From the NCBI RefSeq assembly GCF_964204645.1, contig NC_134026.1, positions 29,174,150 through 29,238,149 on the forward strand: 64,000 bases of DNA, read 5' to 3'. This document shows, in pieces, positions 54,533 through 64,000 of this stretch; within the stretch, counting starts at the first letter, position 1; every line of letters begins with the position of its first letter. Both the position numbers and the translations under genes were made by a program. Source of the DNA: Tubulanus polymorphus. Its lineage: Eukaryota > Animalia > Nemertea. Below the pieces are notes generated by a model. It ran no database searches, had not been told where the DNA came from, and saw only the letters and a program-made list of their open reading frames with translations.

Positions 54533-57055
54533 TTACCAACGTACTAACATCCAAACAATTCCAGTAATTGTACCGACGACAGTATATTTCAGATACAACG
54601 AACGTCCGATACTGGTCAACATCATCGGAATAAATATGGCCGCAAATCCTAAAGCCACGGGTAAAGTACGCCATCTAGAGAGTGGAGAATGTTCTCCATC
54701 TTTCCCTAAATCAGCGTCCCCGGTGAGTTTGATGTCACGGTAATACTGATCCATCATTCTGTCGAATAGAAAATTACCATAAAAGACTCTTTTTATTTTT
54801 CAAGAAATCGAGTAGAAACTCTTAGTAAATACATACTTATTCTTGATAGAAAACCGTTGATGTAACCATTGTTGAAGGGCTTTTTCCTCAGTTGGTACTT
54901 CATTGATATCAATACGTTTTACATGGACATGAATTTTACTCACACTTCCACCAACTATGGCTGAATTTCAAAAATAAATCGAAATCAGTCGAGACATCCT
55001 TAATTGAATGAATAATCGACATAACTGTAATACTGACCAGCCATACTGGGAGCAGTTATTCTCTTTCCAGTAGAATCTGTTGAATCGGAGTATGCTATGG
55101 TTAGATCGTAAAGTGCATCTATATGTCCCTTCAACATGTTAACTCCCATATGAGTAGCTTTAACGCGAGGGGTTAATACATGTTCAAATACTTCTAAACC
55201 TAAAGAATACAAAAATAGAAAATCAAACAACAGTAAATTACTTTGCATATAAAAACAACTTGTTCACTCACACCTTCACTTTCTGCATATTTTTGACTTT
55301 TTTCTATCACTTGTTTTTTCGTTGGATTGAAGCGTGTTCCTTCTGGGAATATCACTAGCCAGAACTAGAATAAAACAAAGCACTTTATAAAGTAAGTGAT
55401 GATTGTAGATAACGTAGATGAATAAGATCATTCAGCGAAGCACTCACTGGTAGACCTCGTAATTGTTCGACTTGCTCAGCTGTTTTCTTTGGTACAAATT
55501 TTCTTGCACGTTTTACGTAGACACAACCATGCTAGAAGAAAATTAACAAGAAACTTATTTTTATGTGACGGATTTAAGATTTATATCATTGGATTGTAGT
55601 TGTCAATTGTATGTTCCTGGTGAGAGAACATGTAAGTGATTGTCACCATGTTCAATTGAGCAAGTGCAGAAACTGTAATTATTTCTAAGCATCAGTACCC
55701 GCACGTGTTAAACTGGGATGTGTATGATAGTGTAAGGGTGTGTCCCTTTAACAATTAGAAATGGGTTGTGAACAAACAAGTGTATAAACAGAATAAGCTG
55801 TTGCATTTCTTCCAGTCTCGATTGGAATTTAAATCTGATGCTTCGACACTCTATCATCACATAGACATGTACATTTATTATTTACTATATTAAATTTTTT
55901 GTTGAAAATCGATGACTCTGCCCGTAAATATAATGTATATGTATTATAGCGATGATTATGAGTAAAATAAAATCTAATCTACTAACCATTAATTACAATA
56001 TGAGCCCTACCTGTCTGAAGTAATATCCGTACAATGGAAGATATTTCAATTCATCTTTTAATACATATCTCAGTTGACCTAGACTGTTACATCTCAGTGC
56101 AAGCATGTTTGCAACTGCCCAATCAACTACAGATAACAATAATTAACTTCAGTATGATTGATTCCAGTAACAGGAATTTCAAAAGTGATTTGTGATTAAC
56201 TTACTGGTACATTGATGATTGCATATATATAGTACATTCTCTTTTTTCCCTTTAATTTCCTCATAATCTCCGTAAAACACAACCTTAGAAACAGTGATAA
56301 CATATCTTAAAAATTTTCAGGGTAGAAATTTATGACTATACGAATAACCCTAGGAGAACCTATAAAATCATTAGGCATTCAGACTTATATCAATTAACCC
56401 TTTCAGTGCGTCTACACCGCAGTGCGGTGTATAAATCAGTGATGGATTTTGCTAGTACACCGCACTGCCGTGTATTGATGTAATTCGTAATTTGTAATTA
56501 TCTCTATTGAAAAATGGCAGCAAGTGTCAAACATAGTGAAATAATAGTAACTAACGATACACCGCACTGCGGTGTAGACGCACTATAGTGGTTTTCCCAT
56601 TGTTCAACACACTAGGGTGGAATTTTTTAGAATTTTCAAATTTTCTCTAGCGTTATAGGGTATTAATTAGTCAGCACTGAAAGGGTTAAACATCAAATAA
56701 GTCTGGCAGTGGTTAACACACACAATACTCTGGGATTACTTATAATGCAAGTCTGGAGTTCCCAGAGCTAGAACCTAACCAGCGGTGCAATCACACCAAA
56801 AAGGAGTTAGTCCTACAACTTAAGTCTTTTTCTTACCTCAACACCAGGATAATGCTCAAAGAAGAACAGAATTAATCGTTGATACATCGAGTAGAAAATA
56901 TCATCAGCAAAATGGAAAACTTTCTTTGGTAAGAACAACGTAACGACTCTCATCGGAAGCCATAAACCGTAATAAACAGGTGCAGTACCAGCCATAAACG
57001 TTGCAGGTACGATCCATTTCAATTCCCGGATACAATTCATTATAGCAAGCATCAT
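54533..57055 (-). CDS. AGPAT5: 1-acyl-sn-glycerol-3-phosphate acyltransferase epsilon
   Basis: GTAPVYYGLW..YSMYQRLILFFFEHYPGV, catalytic NHQCT|VDW, RYVLKDELKYLPLYGYYF, WLVIFPEGTRFNP and HVLTPRVKATH. Confidence 0.93.
56398..56685 (+). mobile_element. piggyBac-type MITE in an AGPAT5 intron (copy 2)
   Basis: ttaa|ccctttcagtgc...gcactgaaaggg|ttaa, with perfect 12-bp TIRs and a TTAA TSD. Confidence 0.92.
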
Positions 57056-57209
57056 TCTAAAATCTGTATTCAACGCAATATGACGTTTAATTTGCTCAGT
57101 TTTAGCTGTAAAACAAAATCAAAGCACTGTGATAATTGAAAGGGCTACACTGCAGCGCTTAAGCCACGACAGGGGCTTGTCAAGTCACGACACAGATTGG
57201 GGTCCCCCA

Positions 57210-57291
57210 CAGGGGCTTGTCACGATAGCTGGGGGTCTAAAAACAAATATTCGACCCATGTTGGACCCCCAACTATCTTGACAAGCTTCTG
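57210..57291. mobile_element. Tiny hAT-like foldback in the AGPAT5/SOD-repeat divergent region
   Basis: caggggcttgtcacgatagctgggggtctaa ... ttggacccccaactatcttgacaagcttctg. An extra left-end copy lies at about 57170. No clear TSD. Confidence 0.6.
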
Positions 57292-57709
57292 TAGGTCCAC
57301 CTGCATTCTCACACCTGAAGAGGCTACCAAGCGATTTAGGCCCAGACTACTACTCTACTGTCTAATTGACAATGTTCATCTCTACCTTGATTAAAGCCTT
57401 AAATTAATATTGTGAAGTCAGTGTTTCAGTACCTGGAACCACTTTGGCGGTTCACGTTTCTAATCATGCAGTTTATGAACTGTTATAAGCTTTCTGTGCC
57501 CGCCTCTTCCCGCACATATGTGTTTATTAATACTGAAAATTTTTTACACACCAGCCTCTTTATCAATAGTAGCGCCATCTATCGATTAGAAAGCGACACA
57601 GCTTTCCGGTTTATGGTGATGTCCCATAAATCACATGCGGCGCGGCGGGTAGCGTCTCTCAACCATAACCACTTGACACGTCGCGTTGAACGGGTCTATT
57701 CGCTGTATC

Positions 57710-60700
57710 ATGGTGAAGAGAATGTGGAATACACCGTCATGTGTTATAGGGGTAACCCTATTGATCATGTCATTACTGTCAAACGTTGAGAATAAGATAG
57801 TTAAACGTAAGCACAATACTCACTGACGTACCGCAGTAGTTAGTTACCTAATCGTTTGTGGTAAGCTTTTCATAATCGGATGGGCTTATACTATACCATA
57901 CCGCAACGTGGTTTGTGAAAATATCCGATCGTGAAACTAAACCACAGACAGGTTACTGACTATGACGTACCGCTGCAATGTTTTTGTTTTGTTTTTGATT
58001 TTAATTTGTTCTAATTAGTTTTTGTTTTAGATTAAGTGGAAAATGGGCAGATTGTTGGATGCATTGATTTGAGTTCAATGTGAATATAATTTACTTCCCT
58101 AGTTTGATTTTTAATTTTTAAATCATTCCAGGTCAAACTCTACAATTAAAAGCTGATGTTCAGATGAATGGCGTCACTGGTTCTGTAGTTTTTGACTCAT
58201 CATCTATAAAATTATCGCTATCTGGCACTCCCTCCAGTGTGCAATATCAGTTTGAAGTAAGAGAATTTCCTGTAGATTATCAAAAGCCGAAGCCATGTTC
58301 TACAATTGGCAAAATGTAAGTGTTCATGATTATAGTGCGGAAGGGGGGGGGTCATTCAGAACAACACTAAATGGCATTCCAACTGAGTAAATAGTCAGCC
58401 AATTCTAAGAAAAATAATTATCACCTTTCAATTTAATAGGATATTATTCTTCTTACTGTATAATTACGATCTCTTTTCACAAAGAAACAAAACCATTATT
58501 ATAATCATTAGTTTGGCAGAATGTCAATTATTTTAAATGGAAACCACATTTTTGAATTCTAAATTGAGGTATAATTTTTTATCGTTACCAGTATACTAGC
58601 TGTTTTTGTTGCCTATGAAAACCTGAACGCTGATAATGTCATAGGCCTAGTCAATAGAGCTACAACATTTGTTTTGTATTGTATGTAACTCATTATTTTT
58701 ATCATTTTGCTGTTCCGGTACCGGATATATATATATTTATATATCTACAGTGTCTTAGACTGGCCTTGTTTAGCTATTATTATATAGGCCTACATGTTGT
58801 TATGTCAATATATGATAAAAAATGGATCTTTGCCAATTTTATCAGTTCTATTTCTAAAATTCATTTGATAAAATCATAGAGCGCATGACATTTCACTCAG
58901 TTGATTATAATCATATGTAGATCAAAACAGAGAACACTCATGTAGGTTTTAGTAATTCAATCTTGTAGGTTTAGACAATTTTGTCCCAATTTCATGAATC
59001 TTGACATGATTTTCTGTTGAAATTGAAACCCGTGCTCTCCAGTGACATTTGTTTTCGATCTTTGAACTAGTTTCAGAAATTTTACGGCAACCACTTCGAA
59101 CTTGCAAAACCCAATAACAAAAAAGTTAGCGTTGAGCGGTTCAAACAGTATAGCAGGTAATGAATATTTTCTTGTAAGATTAAAATGTATAAGAAATATA
59201 TTGTTTTCAGTGGGAATGTTTTTGAAAGGTGTTGAATTTTTTGATAGGTCGTTCAATCCGTTTGAGTGCTGCTTCATGGGAGATTTGTGCTACTGTTGAC
59301 AGTTATACAAAAACAGCTCATGCCAGATTTACTACTGTTATCGGTGGAGATGTATTCTTTAGAGGTTCCTCAAACTCGAAAGACGTGTCCATTTTATCGG
59401 AGCTTTACGTCGTTGATGCGACGAATGTCGCGAGTAAACGAAAATTTAAAATTTACGACGGTTCCGTAGATGAAGCTCTACCAATTGTGGATCGATGTAA
59501 AAATATTGGCAAAGTTTGGAATCCAAACGGTATTACTCCGAGTGGATGCTCACAAGTGAACCCAACTGGATGCCTGGTTGGAGATCTGTCTGGAAAATAC
59601 GGTGATGTACAAGTCGGTGTCGGGGAAGGCATCAAAAGTATGTTTACTGACTCATCATTCGGTCTCGGCGATGGACGAGTCATTGGAAAGGCGTTGGTTT
59701 TATTGGACAGTAATGATCAAGTGTTAACTTGTGCCGCGATCCGTGATTTAAAACCTAAAGAAGCGTCATTCTCTGTGAACCGAGACGGAATTCGAATCGG
59801 TATGATGTTCAAACAGACGTACCCGTTATCACCGACAGCAATATCTATCTCATATACTTCGGGCGGTGCGCTTACTCAGTTCCAGATTTGTGAATTTCCA
59901 GTTTTTCCTCGTCTTACTAAATCTGAGGATGTATGCAGCAATGATACTCTGGGGCCTGTGTTCGATCCACTAGCATCAGCCGGAGGAGCCGTAGACTCCA
60001 CTCCCGATATAAATCCAGTCGGTGATCTTTCAAAAACCTATTTTTCTCGAATTTCTGCATTGATGAAATCAACCAACTTCACGGTGAACAATCACTATTT
60101 ACAATTATTTGGTCACAATAGCGTGATTGGACGGTCGATTAGAATTCAGGCGTCCAATGGGGCTGTTGGTTGTTGTCATATAAGATTACGAGGAAATGTA
60201 CGAACAGCTATTGGTTCATTTAAATACCCAGTTTTTGGCCATGCAATATTCCAACAAGATGCGACGGATCCGTGGACTGAAACGACAGTTTATATTTCTC
60301 TGGATCGATTGGATGGTACAGTTACGAAGAATCACATGTGGCACATTCATAAGTATCCGATTTCGGCTGATTTTACGGCACCAGGAAAAGCTCGCTGTGC
60401 ATCAGAGGGGGGCCGTTTCAACCCGTATAATGTGTATATGGGTAGGAATTACAGTGCTGCGTGTAATAAAGATAGTGAATTACGATGTCAACTCGGAAAT
60501 CTTGCTGGAAAACACCGCAATATCGATATAGGAGGAGGGAATAGGTATTTCTTCACCGATGTATTGATGCCTTTATCAGGACCTATGAGTATAATCGGTA
60601 GAACAGTTGATGTACATAATCCGGATGGAAGTAGATTGTCATGTGCAGACGTCATCCTTCAAAATCAGCCATCCGTTCTTGCTGATTTTTCGGATGGCAG

Positions 60701-62753
60701 TGGACCAACCGGAACAATCAGTCTGAAGCAGAAGTCGTTATACCACGCCACTTCAATAGATGTGAAGTTGTATAATCTAGCGGCGAATGCTGGAGGATAC
60801 CATGTTCATCTTTACCCTGTTCCTTACAATCAACCCTTGCCTTGTTCACCTGCCAATGTTGCTGGGCATTTTGATCCATTTGGACCCACAAAAGCGCCGG
60901 TTAATGGTACCGGTAGTCCAAATCAGTATGAAGTTGGCGATCTTAGTGGAAAATTTGGTTTGTTAACTGGTAAGTTCACCTGATTTTTTCACTACTTATA
61001 TTTGTCAAAGTGAATTGTTACCATTTAGGTCAGACAATAAGACAATAAGTAGATTTAATCATTTGAAGAGTTATCTTCACTTATGATAGATTATTTGATA
61101 TCTAGATGAAGAATATTATAAAATGACGTGAATATATTTTAGATCTGAACAAAATTGAGAGGACATTCAACGACCCATCATTATCATTGACCTCGGCACA
61201 GTCCGTGATTGGTCGTTCTCTTGTCATTCATAAAAAAGATGGCAGTCGTTGGAAATGTGCTAATGTAACACATGACACTAAAGGAATTAAAAAAACTACC
61301 GCTACAGTTATTGAAGCGACTGCTAGTTTTGATGGTGATATTGAAGGATACATCAGTTTGGTAAGAATTATAATATTCTACCGCTTTTATACTTTTAATC
61401 ATTAAAAAATGACTTCATATGACTACTTTATCTTTTTAGAGTCAGTTCGTGAATTTCGATACTGGATATTTTTCCAACACAGCTATAGAAATAGATTTGA
61501 AGTATTCCTATGATGTCAAGAAAATAGTAAGTGGAAAGGTCTTGCTGCATAAACTTTGATTTAATGGAAATGTTTTAAGATATACCAGTGAACAATTTCA
61601 GACTCGTAACCACAATTGGCATGTACATACATCACCAACTGGGTTTGGAATGACAGTTGCTGAAAAATGTGTCAGTCCACATTACAATCCATTCCTCGCA
61701 AACGTATCATCAGTAAGTTCTCTGTTGTTTAGTTGATAAACAAAACTAGGAAGTTATCTTGTTACAAAGTAAAAATTGTATCCTGTTTGATAACATTTTG
61801 TCAGTTATATCGAAGAATTGATTTATTTCTATGGGACATAATTAACGGATATATTTTGGTCGTGTTTCAGAAAAGTTATGCCACTTCTTGTAAATTCGCA
61901 AACCCATTAGCCTGCGAACTTGGTGACCAGTCACGCAAACTAGGACAGTATGACATCGGTGGTGGAAAGGCTTTCTTTACTGATGTTGATTTACCACTTG
62001 CTGGCAACTTCTCTGGTTCGTACACCAACTCCTATATTCATGTAGTATTCACAGTGTAGGCTTACTCGTCACTATGTGTATTATTTCTATCCAGTTATTG
62101 GTCGCTCTTTCGTCGTTCATGCCGAAAATTCTGGAGGCCCAAGAATTGCTTGCGCTGATATCGTACCCGAGTCAACTCCGCAAAGGGATATGAATTTCCC
62201 TTCGACATCCTTCACAAAGTGAGAGAATTTTTCGACGAAAAAATTTTTCGCAAATTTTTTTCCTAAAAAATCGTTGCTGTTGTTTACATAACGATATAAT
62301 GATTTACAGGACTGAGTTACGGGATATGGTGGTGAAGATATTGGATATTGAGACATGGCAAGTGACTGTTTCATCTGAAAATTATGGAAAGATTTCTTCC
62401 CAGTGTATGAAAGCAGTTATATATTTCCCTGGTATGCATGATGCATGTTTGTATTTTGTTACACATTATATTTGATCCGTTCATGTCATGTCTCTTTTCT
62501 TTCCTCATTCTAGGAGCGCAAGGTGAAATGCTGTTGAGAAAATTTGATGAGACACCTGCCGAAAAGTTTGGCAAATTTCAACCCACAGCCATTTGCATAG
62601 GTAATTTAAAATTCAATGATAAATAGCCTTTCCTGTGAAAAAGTCAATCAATGCTCACGTTAGCTCTATTGCTTTTTTCTAGGGATGAAATTCGATGCAT
62701 CACTTGTGTTGTTGCTATTGGGAATCATAATTTCAAGAACATCTATCATGTGA
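57710..62753 (+). CDS. Cu/Zn-SOD-fold repeat protein (CSRP/Rsod-like), secreted with a hydrophobic, possibly GPI-type C-terminus
   Basis: Exon 1 (57710-57806) encodes MVKRMWNTPSCVIGVTLLIMSLLS. Phase-compatible exons follow at 58132, 59077-59156, 59248-60969 and 61143 onward. Repeated GDLSGK, SVIGRS and HxH motifs. Ends ASLVLLLLGIIISRTSIM*. Confidence 0.87.
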
Positions 62754-64000
62754 ATCATGGATTCAGGACTTGAATGAATATCTATTTAATCCATATCAAA
62801 TATCATTTGCAAGATATTATTTTTTACTGAAGGTGGATTGAACTGTGCTGAAGATTTGTCTAGAAATTTACAAATACATGACTTGAATAGGCATGATTTT
62901 GTGATGTATATGATGCTCATAATAGTGTAGTGATGATTTACAGGTTTCCCTTGCTTGATTCGGGAACAATGGCTTTATACTAGGCCATGTATGTAATGTA
63001 TTTCATGGATTTATACGCTCATGATTAAGTTTGAGGCTGTAATTATTATGGCTTAAGAAAGAGTTGCTTTTGTATAGCTTTAAAAGATTATATTTTGTAT
63101 AATTCATATAATGCCAATATAGATTTATTAAGAGTGAAACATGTAATTGTAATTTGTCGTTTTTTCCCAATCATGTATGAAATTAATGTAGTTGTATGCT
63201 GTACTAGAACAATCTTAATAACACTCATTGAGAAATGTGAATCATTCCTTCAAAATATATTGTTATTAGTTGGGGGTTCTCTCCAACTTGGGTAAAAGCA
63301 CAGCTGAGATTTTGTTAATAATTAGCCATCTGTGATCTAATTTTTTACATGTGACTTGAAGGTTATAAAATGCTCAATTTTCGTAAAATGTTGGAACTAA
63401 ACAAATGCATATTTATATATGATTAATTCATATGCAATTTTAGATACTTAACTATTGTTTAGTGTAAGACCGCTGCAGCTACCATATATATCAATTCACA
63501 ATAAACTATATTTATACAGAATCATTGGTATTTTTTTTTACATTTGAAGGAGGAATATTATTAGAATTGAGAAACAAAAGAATGCAGGAGGAGGCCGAGA
63601 TAACATACTGTATGTGCCGACAGGAAGTCCCAGGATAGGTTCAAACCCTGTTTTAATAGCGTCACAACTATTTATTTTGAGTTGTATGTACAGCGAACTT
63701 GAACCTAGTCTGGTATACCCTGTTCCAGGTTTTACCCGATCTTAGTTCAGGCAGTGCATGAATTTGGTTGTAGCTAGTAGGGTCTCTGGTGGAATCTCTG
63801 TGAAACTGGCCGACCACCCTAAACGCACACCTCGTTTTGACGATGAAATACAGTCAATTCCATTTTAATAAAATATTATTAATGAGGACAGGGCAAGGCA
63901 CTGTTTGATAGTTATTATCTAAACTAATTGGCTTGCGACATTACATTAGTTCATAGAAATGTCAGAGGACCTTACAGTGCTGCTACCAAGCTCTAAATTC

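Noticed and set aside
58043-58072. ATG at 58043 as the start of the SOD-repeat gene
   Set aside because: Stops after nine codons; the upstream exon 57710-57806 supplies a signal peptide and the correct phase.
63628-63715. Short inverted repeat ccaggataggttcaa...ttgaacctagtctgg
   Set aside because: Short and imperfect, with no TSD or second copy in the window; cannot be classified.

Overview
AT-rich, gene-dense eukaryotic DNA from an invertebrate animal, with short GT-AG introns; the bilaterian/lophotrochozoan assignment is inference. It is not prokaryotic, so most ORF-track entries are exon fragments or antisense shadows. Ten spliced protein-coding genes alternate strictly in orientation as five head-to-head pairs: SLC35B3(-)/THOC1(+), CPLANE1(-)/KLF10/11-like(+), PIF1(-)/TTC33(+), apolipophorin-type lipid transfer protein(-)/EIF3E(+), and AGPAT5(-)/multi-repeat Cu-SOD protein(+). 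Introns and the gene-free first 4 kb carry many small non-autonomous elements: piggyBac-, Harbinger-, P-like and Tc1/mariner-like MITEs, plus a tRNA-derived SINE. Most notable: (1) an array of 20-41 bp hairpins with shared CATRGAC termini separated by a 7-bp TSD-like spacer; (2) a long foldback next to a ~75-bp tandem array with Pol III A/B-box-like motifs; (3) a KLF exon and intron apparently born by tandem duplication; (4) a six-repeat SOD protein whose N-terminal repeats lack Cu ligands. No new biological system can be proven from sequence alone; all family assignments come from recalled motifs, not database searches.
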